Below the pieces are notes generated by a model. That model was not told where the DNA came from. It was given only the letters and a program-made list of their open reading frames with translations, and did no database searches. Both the position numbers and the translations under genes were made by a program. A stretch of 33,650 nt of DNA from Candidatus Aminicenantales bacterium (lineage in GTDB: Bacteria; Acidobacteriota; Aminicenantia; Aminicenantales; UBA4085), in NCBI GenBank assembly GCA_049515535.1, contig JBEKTZ010000010.1:124001-157650 (forward strand), in the 5' to 3' direction. Positions 7,027-16,440 of the stretch are shown here, piece after piece; position 1 is the first letter of the stretch; every line of letters starts with the position of its first letter.

Positions 7027-8235
7027 ATGAAAAAAAACCTCTGGATCATTCCCGTGATTCTTGTGATCACGGTGAGCTGCGCCGGGTATTTTTTTTCGCC
7101 CGAGGTCGGCTATCCCCCTAGCGGGGGAAATACCATTGACCCCAGTGTTCAACAGTATTCTCGCAGTCCTCAAGAGTATGGTCGAAATGAAGATACTTCC
7201 TACTTTTATGATCGTTTGTCCCCCTATGGAAACTGGATCGACCTCAACCCCTACGGTTACGTTTGGACCCCCAGGCATATGGGCTACCGCTGGCGGCCCT
7301 ATAGCGACGGATATTGGGTCTGGACCGATTACGGCTGGACCTGGATCGCGGACCAGGAATGGGGAGATATTCCCTTCCATTATGGCCGCTGGGGCTGGGA
7401 TGACGAGATCGGCTGGTTTTGGGTTCCCGGCACGGTCTGGGGCCCCGCCTGGGTGACCTGGAGGTCGAACGACCAATATATGGGCTGGGCGCCTCTTCCG
7501 CCTGGCGTCGAGTTCAGAGCCGGAATGAATTTCAATTCGCTTTCGATCGATATTCCCCTCAATTTCTGGGTCTTCATCCAAGGCCCGCATTTTCAGGACC
7601 GGGATCTCAATCCCTATGTCCTTCCGTTTGAACGCAACCGGACGATCGTCAACTATACATCTATGCACAACAACATCTACGTCCGCAACGACAGGATCAT
7701 CAACGAAGGAATCGGGATCGATGAGGTCCGTCGAATCACCGGGCGGGCCGTCCCCAGATACGGGCTGCAGGATGCTCAGCAGCCGGGACGCACGAAGGTC
7801 GTGGGCCAAGAGGTCCAGATTTTCCGGCCGGCCATCCGGCAAAATGTAGCCGCAAAACCAAAAGTCTATTTGAACACGGCCCAGGCCCGGCAAGAACTGG
7901 CTCCGGCCAAGGTCTTCGACCCCCGAGGACAACAGACCATCAACGCGGAAGCTGCGGCCGTTCAGAAGCGGCAGATTGAAGAAAAGAGACTCTTAGAGTT
8001 GAGCCAAGCGCAAGAGATCAAAAACATGCAACAGAAGCGCGACCAGGAGGCACTGAAACTCCGCGACGCCTCTGAAAAAGCCAAGGTCAATAAAGATTAC
8101 GAGGCCAAGATCTCTGATTTGAAAAAGAACCATGCTATCGAGAGCCAGCAGATGACAGATCGGCATAAAAACGACGCCGAGCAGGTCAAGAAGGTCACGC
8201 AGGCCCCGCCGGACAAAAAGAAAAAGGGGGCGTAA
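7027..8235 (+). CDS. DUF6600-like Trp/Gly/Pro-rich putative lipoprotein with charged helical tail
   Basis: Signal ending TVSC; FYDRLSPYGNW, WRPYSDGYWVWTDYGWTW, PFHYGRW, WGPAWVTWR motifs; Q/E/K-rich C-terminus. Confidence 0.82.
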   Translation: MKKNLWIIPVILVITVSCAGYFFSPEVGYPPSGGNTIDPSVQQYSRSPQEYGRNEDTSYFYDRLSPYGNWIDLNPYGYVWTPRHMGYRWRPYSDGYWVWTDYGWTWIADQEWGDIPFHYGRWGWDDEIGWFWVPGTVWGPAWVTWRSNDQYMGWAPLPPGVEFRAGMNFNSLSIDIPLNFWVFIQGPHFQDRDLNPYVLPFERNRTIVNYTSMHNNIYVRNDRIINEGIGIDEVRRITGRAVPRYGLQDAQQPGRTKVVGQEVQIFRPAIRQNVAAKPKVYLNTAQARQELAPAKVFDPRGQQTINAEAAAVQKRQIEEKRLLELSQAQEIKNMQQKRDQEALKLRDASEKAKVNKDYEAKISDLKKNHAIESQQMTDRHKNDAEQVKKVTQAPPDKKKKGA

Positions 8236-8284
8236 ACCCTGAGGAGTACCTCATTTCCTTTTTTATGGAACCGATGAATTCTTT

Positions 8285-8827
8285 TTATTTTTCCAGTAAA
8301 AAAAGAATCAAGTGTTCCATGGGAATCGTCTTTATTTGAGAAAAGCCGGCGGAATTCCCCATGCGGAGAACTTCGTCTGATTTCAATCGATCTTTTAACG
8401 GAGGGCCAAAATTCTGTTCTGTATAAGACCATTCCAGCACGGCTGTCCTCATCGTACAAACACGGCGAGCTTCCTGAAGGGTCAGGAGTGGGCGTCCTGC
8501 TTCATGGAGGACAAGACCCAAAAAACACAGATCAAAGGAATCATCGCCGAACGGAAGGGCTTTAGAATCGGCCATCTGAAAATGAGCCTTCGGAACGAAT
8601 CTTCGCGCGGCTTCGAGCATCGGTTCTTGAAGGTCGATTCCGGTCACATTTAGACCACTGTGGGAGAAAACTTCGGCGAAAACGCCGCTGCCCGTTCCAA
8701 TGTCGAGAACTTTTTCTAATTTTGGCCCCTGAAGGCATAAGGAAACGACGCGTTCGGTTTCCAATAAGGCTAGGCGCTGGGGATCACGCAGCCGCTCGAT
8801 GTCGCGAAATATTTTATCCTCATTCAT
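8285..8827 (-). CDS. Class I SAM-dependent methyltransferase
   Basis: VLDIGTGSG motif I, GIDLQ, ALPFGDDSFDL, LVLHE. Confidence 0.9.
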   Translation of the reverse strand: MNEDKIFRDIERLRDPQRLALLETERVVSLCLQGPKLEKVLDIGTGSGVFAEVFSHSGLNVTGIDLQEPMLEAARRFVPKAHFQMADSKALPFGDDSFDLCFLGLVLHEAGRPLLTLQEARRVCTMRTAVLEWSYTEQNFGPPLKDRLKSDEVLRMGNSAGFSQIKTIPMEHLILFLLEK

Positions 8828-8846
8828 GAGACGGATCCCGACATCA

Positions 8847-9068
8847 TCACTGGGACAAACCTAATAAATGTTGGACTTCCCGCAGTTCCGGTTCGCCAAA
8901 ATCGAATTTCCAGTCATGCGCCAGAATTTCTTTCAAGATCGCAGGGCCGTTTTCCCGTTCGGGAACCAAAGAAATGAATCTCGAATAAAGATCCGGCGTG
9001 ATATGGAGGACCCTGATGAGGTCGGCAACATGTTTTTGCCTCCTTAGAGGTCCATGATATTTTATCAT
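8847..9068 (-). CDS. 73-aa hypothetical protein or gene fragment
   Basis: Fills the gap, co-oriented with and 19 bp upstream of the methyltransferase; protein-like composition but no RBS or motif. Confidence 0.35.
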   Translation of the reverse strand: MIKYHGPLRRQKHVADLIRVLHITPDLYSRFISLVPERENGPAILKEILAHDWKFDFGEPELREVQHLLGLSQ

Positions 9069-9082
9069 ACGCAGAGTATAAT
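9054..9082 (+). promoter_or_regulatory. sigma70-like promoter of the H+-ATPase gene
   Basis: ATGATA-17 bp-TATAAT, 10 bp before the ATG. Confidence 0.5.
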
Positions 9083-9092
9083 CCTATCGTAA

Positions 9093-11546
9093 ATGAACAA
9101 ATTGACAGCGCTTCCAAAGAGCCTTGAATCCCAAGAATACGAGCGGATGACGGCGGACGATGTCGTCACACTCTTGGCAACGGACGTAAACTTCGGATTA
9201 AAGAAAACAGAAGTCGAACATCGACGTCAGCGATTCGGCTCCAACGAAGTACCGGAGAAGCAAACTCATCCCCTCCGGAGCTTTATCAAAAAGTTTTGGG
9301 GGCTGACCGCCTGGATGCTCGAGCTCATCATTGTCCTGTCGTGGATTCTGCATAAGGATGCGGATGTCTATATCGTCGGCGGACTGCTGATCATGAATTC
9401 GATCATTAGCTTTTTGGAGGAACAGAAGGCGTCCCGCGTGGTCGAAGAATTGAAAACAAAACTCCAAATTCAAGCCAGGACGCTCAGAGACGGGGCGTGG
9501 GCGCTCGTTCCCGCCAGGGAATTGGTTCCGGGAGATGTCCTGAGAATCCGGTCCGGAGATTTTATCCCCGCGGACCTGAAAATCCTAAACGGCGCGCTCG
9601 CCGTGGACCAATCCGCTTTAACGGGAGAATCTCTACCCCTGGAGAAGAAGACCGGAGACCTTTTATATGCGGGATCTGTGCTTAAACGAGGAGAAGCGAC
9701 AGGGGTCATCATCCAAACGGGCGTGTCGACAAATTATGGAAAGACGACGCAGCTTGTTCAAATCGCGCGTCCCAAACTTCACATGGAAGAGGTGGTCACC
9801 AAGCTCGTGAAATGGTTGCTCATGATTATCGGCGGCCTCTTGAGCTTGACACTGGGAATATCGATAATCCGGGGCTTCCCCCTCCTTGAAATATTGCCCT
9901 TGATGCTGGTGCTTCTATTATCGGCGATCCCCATCGCCCTGCCGGTCATGTTTACCGTGAGCATGGCTCTTGGCGCCAGGGAATTGGCCAGGAATAACAT
10001 CCTGATCACACGATTGAGCGCGACGGAGGACGCCGCGACCATGGACGTTTTATGCGTGGATAAGACCGGGACCCTTACGTTGAATGAATTGTCCATTTCC
10101 CACATCATCCCCTTGGGACCTTTTTCCGATAAGGACGTCATTTTGTATGGGGCACTCGCCTCGCAAGAAGCCAACCAGGATCCTCTGGACCTGGCGTTCA
10201 TCAAGCTTGCGAAGGAGAAGGATATCCCGAGCTCATCGTATATTCAGGATAGCTTTGTTCCTTTCAATCCCCTTTTGCGAAAAACGGAAGCCCTGATCAG
10301 ACACGATCACAAGGCTTTTCGCGTCATGAAAGGAGCGGTGGCGGTTATCGCCCAAGCTTGCGGGCTCGAATCGCAAGAACTCAAGGACTTGGAGGCCCGC
10401 ATCGAGGGCTTTTCGAAAAAAGGATACAAAACATTGGCCGTCGCCCTGATTGAAGACTCGAAACCGGTCGTCGCCGGATTGGCCGCCCTTAGCGATAGCC
10501 CCAGGCCAGATTCGAAAGCCTTGATCCAAGAGCTTCAATCTCTAGGCGTATCGATCAAGATGTTGACCGGCGACGCCTTGCCGATCGCCCAAGAGGTTGC
10601 CAGCGACATCGGAATTGGAGAAAACGTCTCCCGCATGTCGGATCTGAAAGGCCTGATGACGACCGACCCCGCCGCAGCCTTGAGGATGATGGAACAAAGC
10701 GCCGGTTTCGCGGAGGTCTATCCGGAAGACAAATATCTCATCGTCCATAGCCTTCAGGCTGGAGCGCATGTTGTCGGGATGACGGGAGACGGTGTCAACG
10801 ACGCCCCCGCCCTTAAGCAGGCCGAAGTCGGGATAGCCGTGAACAGCGCCACGGACATTGCCAAAGCATCGGCCAGTGTCGTCCTGACGAGCGCGGGATT
10901 GTCGGGTATCGTCGAACTGGTCAAGAACGGCCGGAAGGTCTATCAAAGGATCAACACGTGGGTTCTCAACAAAATCATGAGAACGATCCTGAAGTCTACG
11001 TTCGTTATCGGCGTCTTTCTGATCACCGGCGATTTTGTCGTATCCGCTTTTACCATGGTCCTATTGCTCTTGATGACAGATTTTGTGAAGATAGCCTTAT
11101 CCACGGATCATGTCAGCTGGTCAAGATCGCCAGAGACTTGGAACATCGCGAGTTTCGTCAAGGTTTCGACCGTTCTGGGCATATTCATGGTCTTGGAATC
11201 CCTGATTCTTCTTTGGATGGGATTAAAAATTTGGCATTTATCGCTGTCCGATCCGCATGTTCAGACTTTCAGCTTTGAAATTCTCTTCTTTTCAGCCGTA
11301 ACATCGATATTCGTCGTCAGGGAACGGCGTCATTTCTGGAGCTCAAGGCCAAGCCGGATGCTGCTGAGCGTTATTCTTGTCGACATGCTTGTCGGGATAA
11401 TGATCTCAGCGCTTGGAATCCCCGGCGCTCTTCAGCGCATTCCGCTCCAAATGACCGCGTTTGTTATTGGCTTTAACATCCTATTTTCATTGTTCGTAAA
11501 CGATTTCGTAAAAATCCGTCTCATTAAAAAGATGAAACTTGCCTGA
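9093..11546 (+). CDS. Plasma-membrane proton-efflux P-type ATPase (P3A-like)
   Basis: KFWGLTAWMLE, DQSALTGESLP, AIPIALP, DKTGTLTLN, NQDPLD, MKGA, FAEVYPEDK, MTGDGVNDAPALKQA, TM6 LMTDFV. Confidence 0.85.
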   Translation: MNKLTALPKSLESQEYERMTADDVVTLLATDVNFGLKKTEVEHRRQRFGSNEVPEKQTHPLRSFIKKFWGLTAWMLELIIVLSWILHKDADVYIVGGLLIMNSIISFLEEQKASRVVEELKTKLQIQARTLRDGAWALVPARELVPGDVLRIRSGDFIPADLKILNGALAVDQSALTGESLPLEKKTGDLLYAGSVLKRGEATGVIIQTGVSTNYGKTTQLVQIARPKLHMEEVVTKLVKWLLMIIGGLLSLTLGISIIRGFPLLEILPLMLVLLLSAIPIALPVMFTVSMALGARELARNNILITRLSATEDAATMDVLCVDKTGTLTLNELSISHIIPLGPFSDKDVILYGALASQEANQDPLDLAFIKLAKEKDIPSSSYIQDSFVPFNPLLRKTEALIRHDHKAFRVMKGAVAVIAQACGLESQELKDLEARIEGFSKKGYKTLAVALIEDSKPVVAGLAALSDSPRPDSKALIQELQSLGVSIKMLTGDALPIAQEVASDIGIGENVSRMSDLKGLMTTDPAAALRMMEQSAGFAEVYPEDKYLIVHSLQAGAHVVGMTGDGVNDAPALKQAEVGIAVNSATDIAKASASVVLTSAGLSGIVELVKNGRKVYQRINTWVLNKIMRTILKSTFVIGVFLITGDFVVSAFTMVLLLLMTDFVKIALSTDHVSWSRSPETWNIASFVKVSTVLGIFMVLESLILLWMGLKIWHLSLSDPHVQTFSFEILFFSAVTSIFVVRERRHFWSSRPSRMLLSVILVDMLVGIMISALGIPGALQRIPLQMTAFVIGFNILFSLFVNDFVKIRLIKKMKLA

Positions 11547-11712
11547 TCGGCCCAAATGACTATTCTGGACGCTAAAAAAAGAATCGAAGTGAACGTGGCG
11601 GCGGATTTATTCTTTTTTCTTGAGCGTCGAAAGCTTCATCGGTACATACAGGGAGCAAAAACCGATCGCCTAGGAAATAGCGGGAATAGCGAGCTAAGTT
11701 ATTGAAAAGAAA

Positions 11713-11798
11713 TGCCGGGGACGGGAATCGAACCCGTATACCCCTTACGGGGCGAGGGATTTTAAGTCCCTTGCGTCTGCCACTTCCGCCACCCCGGC
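11713..11798 (-). tRNA. tRNA-Leu, anticodon UAA (long variable arm, CCA not encoded)
   Basis: GCCGGGG/CCCCGGC acceptor stem, D arm, AGGGA-CTTAAAA-TCCCT anticodon arm, CCCC-GTAA-GGGG variable arm, ACGGG-TTCGATT-CCCGT T arm, discriminator A. Confidence 0.98.
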
Positions 11799-11806
11799 AT
11801 CAATAA

Positions 11807-11899
11807 TGACCCGCCCCCGGTCATTTTACCACCTATGAAGTAAAAATTCGAGGCTAGGACCTCATCCCTGAAAAATGGACCTAATCAGGGGGCGGGTCA
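11807..11899. mobile_element. 93-bp MITE-like element with IS3-family-like termini
   Basis: Perfect 12-bp terminal inverted repeats TGACCCGCCCCC / GGGGGCGGGTCA (TG...CA ends); no ORF; no clear target duplication. Confidence 0.55.
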
Positions 11900-11903
11900 A
11901 AGG

Positions 11904-11933
11904 TTGAAAAATTCACTCTATGGGTGGTATATT
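11904..11933 (+). promoter_or_regulatory. sigma70 promoter upstream of the amidase
   Basis: TTGAAA-18 bp-TATATT with extended TG. Confidence 0.45.
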
Positions 11934-12074
11934 GAGTCGGGGCAAATCACTTTGAACAACAGAACTCACTTCCTGCCCAGCCAACGTTTTTCAATCCATA
12001 ATTTTTTGGGGGAACTCCTATTGTAGAATTGATTTTGGATTTTTTTGGGTATGATAAGTTTTTGGGAGGAATTT

Positions 12075-13157
12075 ATGGCTTATTTTAAAAAAATGATTTT
12101 GGCGATGGGAATTCTTTCTATGCTTTTAATCGATTTTCTTTATCCTTGCACTACCTTCTGTTTTCGGAATAAGGGAGATTGGATCTTCGGGCGGAATTAT
12201 GACTGGGATGTTGAATATGCGCTGATAATGGTCAATAAGCATCAGGTTAGCAAAACGGCGTTGGTTCAGCCAGGGATTAAAGCGGCTGCCTGGGTTTCCA
12301 AATATGGCAGCGTGACTATCAATCAATACGGACGGGAGCTTCCCCTGGGTGGAATGAATGAAGCAGGCCTGGTGATAGAAGTCATGGGGCTCTCTAACAC
12401 TCAATACCCGAAACCCGACGATCGTGCCGTGGTCCGGGATTTACAGTGGGTTCAATACCAATTGGATACCGCTGCCACAGTCGCTGAAGTCATTGCCAGC
12501 GATCAAAAAATCCGGATTGATAATTCCAAATCACAGCCTTTGCATTTCTTGGTTTGCGACCGGAAAGGTCAAGCAGCAGCCATTGAATTCCTAGATGGGA
12601 AGATGCGGGCTCACACAGGGAAAAGATTACCCCAATCAGCACTGGCCAACAGCACCTATGATGATTCCAACACGTTATATGGCTTATGCCAGGGAAATCC
12701 GGAAAAGCCGGCTTTTGCCAAGGCAGATAATTCCCTGCAGCGTTTTATCCTGGCCTCCAAAGGTGTTAAAACCTGGGACCAGGATAAAAAAAAGGAAAAA
12801 CCAGTGGATTACGCTTATCAGATCCTGGAAAAGGTTTCTGTAAGCCGGACCCTTTTTCGGGTGGTCTATGATGTCAAAGCCGGGATTATTTATTTCCGCA
12901 CCAAATCTACGCCGCAAATCCGTTCCATCGAAATGAAAAAATTCGATTTTAACTGCTCTTCTCCGGTCAAAATCCTGGACATCCTGGCAGATCTCAAGGG
13001 AGACGTCACCGGCCAATTCCAGGATTACTCCACCGAAGCCAACTTGAATTTGATCAAGAAATCCTTCCAGGCCACAGAATTTCTAAAAAACACCCCACCT
13101 GAACGACTATCAATTCTTGCATCTTACCCAGAGAGCCTGACCTGTAAAAGAAGGTGA
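12075..13157 (+). CDS. Secreted linear amide C-N hydrolase (choloylglycine hydrolase / penicillin V acylase Ntn family)
   Basis: GGAGG RBS; signal peptide then nucleophile CTTF; GRNYDW; GGMNEAGL; QYQLD; IEFLDG; visibly AT-richer than neighbours. Confidence 0.9.
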   Translation: MAYFKKMILAMGILSMLLIDFLYPCTTFCFRNKGDWIFGRNYDWDVEYALIMVNKHQVSKTALVQPGIKAAAWVSKYGSVTINQYGRELPLGGMNEAGLVIEVMGLSNTQYPKPDDRAVVRDLQWVQYQLDTAATVAEVIASDQKIRIDNSKSQPLHFLVCDRKGQAAAIEFLDGKMRAHTGKRLPQSALANSTYDDSNTLYGLCQGNPEKPAFAKADNSLQRFILASKGVKTWDQDKKKEKPVDYAYQILEKVSVSRTLFRVVYDVKAGIIYFRTKSTPQIRSIEMKKFDFNCSSPVKILDILADLKGDVTGQFQDYSTEANLNLIKKSFQATEFLKNTPPERLSILASYPESLTCKRR

Positions 13158-13239
13158 TAGTCCTGTAGGCGAAAGGATCGAGGTCTCTTGACTGGCTCCC
13201 AAGTACCACGGGGCACGAGAAACCCTGTGGGAATCCGGC

Positions 13240-13340
13240 ATAACCGCTGATGAAAGCCACGACCTTCATCGTCCCACCGCATTTCGGACGGACGATCGGA
13301 CCGACTTCGTATCTGACATCCTCGCCCAGCCCTTGGAAAG
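13240..13340 (-). pseudogene. Degenerate IS91-family transposase C-terminal fragment
   Basis: Frameshifted SKGWARM / YEVGPIVRPKCGGTMKVVAFI; similar to the fragment at 16.6-16.75 kb. Confidence 0.6.
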
Positions 13341-13579
13341 AATACAGCGGAGCGAGTGTTAAGCCATTCGGTGTGAATAATTTGTGAATATTCATGGGGA
13401 ACTTATAGGAACTTTTTCGACTTGATAAAGCATTTTTGAACCGGTAAACTTCATTCTGTAAGTGTGCAAGAGCGCTTACGTTTTAAAAAGGAACACCCAA
13501 AGACGTTGAAAAAAAAAGAACTATTTGAAAAAACGGATACACCAAAAAGTCGCTTGGGCCGTCGATATAGTTGAACACC

Positions 13580-14134
13580 ATGAAGCATGGTATGCCACCA
13601 GAAAACAGTGATGCGCAGCAGCGGCTCGCGGAGACCTACAAAAGCGAAAAACCGCGGCTCTTGGCCCGCCTACGCGCCGCCGGACGCAGCCTGGAAGAGG
13701 CCGAGGATTTGGTGCATGACGTCTATGCCGAAACGCTGGAGCGCCTGCCCCTGGTGGCCGGCATCCGCAACCTGCCGGCATGGATCAATTCACTGTTCAC
13801 CTGGCGGCTGATCGATGCCTGGCGGCATGAACGGGTACGCGCCGCATGCGGCGAAATCGACGTGGCCGAGGACACCCTGCGGGAAATCATCGCCGGCACC
13901 GGCCTTGATCCCCTGGATGGTTTCATCAGGGCCAGCCTGATTGATGCCTTAAACGACGCCTTGCGTGTCCTGCCGGCGGCCCAACGCCGGGTGGTGGAAG
14001 CCCAGGTCTTCGGCGGCCTGACCTTCCGGGAGATAGCGGCAGCCACGGGCGAAAGCATCGACACCCTGACGGCCCGCAAACGCTACGCCTTGCGCAACCT
14101 TGCCCGCGCCCTGCGGCACTGGATCGACCGATGA
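13580..14134 (+). CDS. ECF RNA polymerase sigma factor
   Basis: Region 2 EEAEDLVHDVY, PAWI, RLIDAWR; region 4 LPAAQRRV, TFREIAAATGESIDTLTARKRYA; start uncertain (13571/13580/13592). Confidence 0.92.
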   Translation: MKHGMPPENSDAQQRLAETYKSEKPRLLARLRAAGRSLEEAEDLVHDVYAETLERLPLVAGIRNLPAWINSLFTWRLIDAWRHERVRAACGEIDVAEDTLREIIAGTGLDPLDGFIRASLIDALNDALRVLPAAQRRVVEAQVFGGLTFREIAAATGESIDTLTARKRYALRNLARALRHWIDR

Positions 14135-14200
14135 ATGACCACAACGGGCAATGGCCCGAACCGATAATTTTACCGGGACGCACCCGGGAGGAGGCAGCAA

Positions 14201-14629
14201 ATGTCTGATCATGAGAATGCTCACAAGAACAGGCCGGATGATGCCGGCCTAAACGGCGCGGAGAAATCAGGGGAATCGGGCAACCGTCCCGACCGGCAAC
14301 GTGGCCGCGCTTGTGGTTGGTGGGAAGACCGCAGCCTGCCCCAAAAAATATTGATGGGGATCGTCTTTGGCGTCGTGGGAATCGGCTTTCTCTTCCTCTG
14401 CGGCTTGGTCGTGATGCTGCTATGGAATTGGCTGATGCCGGACATCTTCGGACTCAAGCGTCTGACCTACTGGCAGGCCTGGGGCTTGATGATCCTGTGC
14501 CACATCCTCTTCAAGGGCTTTGGCTCGGGGATGAGCGGCCGCCGGAGCGACCGGAAGCGCCGCAGGCAGCTGCGCCGCTATATGCGGGAGGATCAGGCCG
14601 ACATGGATGAAGCACCTGAAAGCAAATGA
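14201..14629 (+). CDS. ECF-associated membrane protein
   Basis: GGAGGAGG RBS; VVMLLWNWLMPDIFGL..LTYWQAWGL..LCHILF hydrophobic core with basic tail. Confidence 0.8.
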   Translation: MSDHENAHKNRPDDAGLNGAEKSGESGNRPDRQRGRACGWWEDRSLPQKILMGIVFGVVGIGFLFLCGLVVMLLWNWLMPDIFGLKRLTYWQAWGLMILCHILFKGFGSGMSGRRSDRKRRRQLRRYMREDQADMDEAPESK

Positions 14630-14644
14630 AGAAAGGAGGATAAC

Positions 14645-16291
14645 ATGTTGAAGGTTACAAGGTATTGCTTTCTTCTTACCGTCGCAGGCTGCCTGCTCCT
14701 GGCGCGGCCCTTGATGGCGGCGGAAGGAATCAACGGCAATCTTGTCAGTGTCAACTGGCTAAAGACAAATCTTAAAAATGCCGATGTCCTGATACTCGAT
14801 TCATCATCCGCTCAGAGCTATACGGCACAACACATTCCCGGCGCAGTCAGCGTCGACCTGTTTACCTATGGTGCCCAGGAAATGCCGATCGCCGATATGG
14901 AACAACTCTTCCAATCCTGGGGAATCAGCCCCGGGAAAAAGATCGTATTGTACGATCAGGGCGGCACCATGGGGGCCACCAGGCAATTTTTCTCCCTCTT
15001 ATATTACGGCTTCCCCGTAAAGGACCTTTTCATCCTGGACGGAGGGCTTTTCAAGTGGCAGAAGGAAGGATTGCCGGTAACGAAGGATATTACACCTGCC
15101 CCGAAGCAAGGCTCTTTCAAAATCAAGAAGCTCAACGAAGATGTGAAAGTCAAGCTGCCGGAAGTCCTTACGGCATCCGGGGACCCGGTCAACAATGTGT
15201 TGCTGGAAGCACTTGGAGCCGACTGGCATTTTGGACAAGTCCTTGCCTTTACCAGAGCCGGCCATATCCCTAATGGCATCCTGCTGCCCAGTGCCGACTT
15301 TTACAATCCCGACAAGACCTTCAAATCTGCTGAAGAAATAAGGAGAATGCTGACCTATTTGGGCATCAGGCCTGAACAGCAGATCTACACCTATTGCGGA
15401 GGCGGAGTAGCCGCCAGTGTGCCGTTTTTCGCCCTTAAGTTCATGCTGAACTACCCCAGGGTTAAACTTTACACGGAATCCGAGATGGGATGGCTGTCCG
15501 ATGAAAGAGAACTCCCTTACTGGACATATGATGCCCCGTTCCTGATGAGGGAAATAAACTGGCTGAAGTTTTGGAGCAGCCAGATGATAAGGACGTTCGT
15601 AAGCACACGCGTCAGCATCGTGGATGTGCGGCCTGCAGACGCATTCAATCAGGGACATGTGCCTTTTGCGCTTAACATCCCTGCGGATGTGTTCAAGAGC
15701 AATATCACCAATCCCGACAAGCTGGCTGAAATTCTGGGTCCGGCCGGCGTCAATGCGTCTCATGAAGCGGTTGTCATTTCAGGCGCAGGTTTGACCACAG
15801 ACTTGGCCCTGGCGTTCGTCATGCTGGAGAAACTGGGACAGAAAAAAGTATCTGTCTTCATGGACTCCATGGATAAATGCGCACAACTTGGTTTCGCCGT
15901 GACAAAGGATGCAACCGTTGTGGGCCCCAAAAAGGCTCCCCGCGACGTATCCATACCTCCCACGAATTATCCCGGTAATTTCCGCAAGGGCGTGATCATT
16001 GCGGACGCGAAGAGCACCCAGGGACTTTATCCCAAGGTATTTATTGCTTCGGGTAAGAATGTGCCTGCCAAAGCTCAGGACGGCAAAGTTGTTCATGTCC
16101 CGTACACGGATCTTCTGAATGCCGACGGCACGCCCAAAGCCGCGAAAGATATCTGGAACATCCTGGCCAAGGCCGGGGTCCCGAGATATGCGGAGCTTGT
16201 TTGCTTCTCCGATGATCCCGGTGAAGCGGCAGCCAACTATTTTATCCTCAAGCTGATGGGCTACCCTGATATAAAGGTGTTGGTGATTTAA
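14645..16291 (+). CDS. Secreted multi-domain rhodanese / sulfurtransferase
   Basis: AGGAGG RBS; signal peptide; HIPGAV, GGLFKW, AGHIPNG, catalytic loop YCGGGVAA, second pair of rhodanese repeats (DVRP...GHVPFA). Confidence 0.9.
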   Translation: MLKVTRYCFLLTVAGCLLLARPLMAAEGINGNLVSVNWLKTNLKNADVLILDSSSAQSYTAQHIPGAVSVDLFTYGAQEMPIADMEQLFQSWGISPGKKIVLYDQGGTMGATRQFFSLLYYGFPVKDLFILDGGLFKWQKEGLPVTKDITPAPKQGSFKIKKLNEDVKVKLPEVLTASGDPVNNVLLEALGADWHFGQVLAFTRAGHIPNGILLPSADFYNPDKTFKSAEEIRRMLTYLGIRPEQQIYTYCGGGVAASVPFFALKFMLNYPRVKLYTESEMGWLSDERELPYWTYDAPFLMREINWLKFWSSQMIRTFVSTRVSIVDVRPADAFNQGHVPFALNIPADVFKSNITNPDKLAEILGPAGVNASHEAVVISGAGLTTDLALAFVMLEKLGQKKVSVFMDSMDKCAQLGFAVTKDATVVGPKKAPRDVSIPPTNYPGNFRKGVIIADAKSTQGLYPKVFIASGKNVPAKAQDGKVVHVPYTDLLNADGTPKAAKDIWNILAKAGVPRYAELVCFSDDPGEAAANYFILKLMGYPDIKVLVI

Positions 16292-16440
16292 CAGTTAAGG
16301 GATTTGCTTTTTCGCGCTCCGCGACATTCCTTCCTAAAAAGCTCGGAATCAATACCGCCCATCGCGTGAAGAGGATAATCCCGGCTGCGGATCGAAGTCA
16401 AGAACACAAAGATAGCGGCGAAGGAGACCGTCCGGTCGTA

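Noticed and set aside
13459..13480. GTAAGTG...CGCTTAC inverted repeat as a LacI/cre operator or riboswitch
   Set aside because: Short and imperfect, with no cognate regulator and no recognisable RNA family features.
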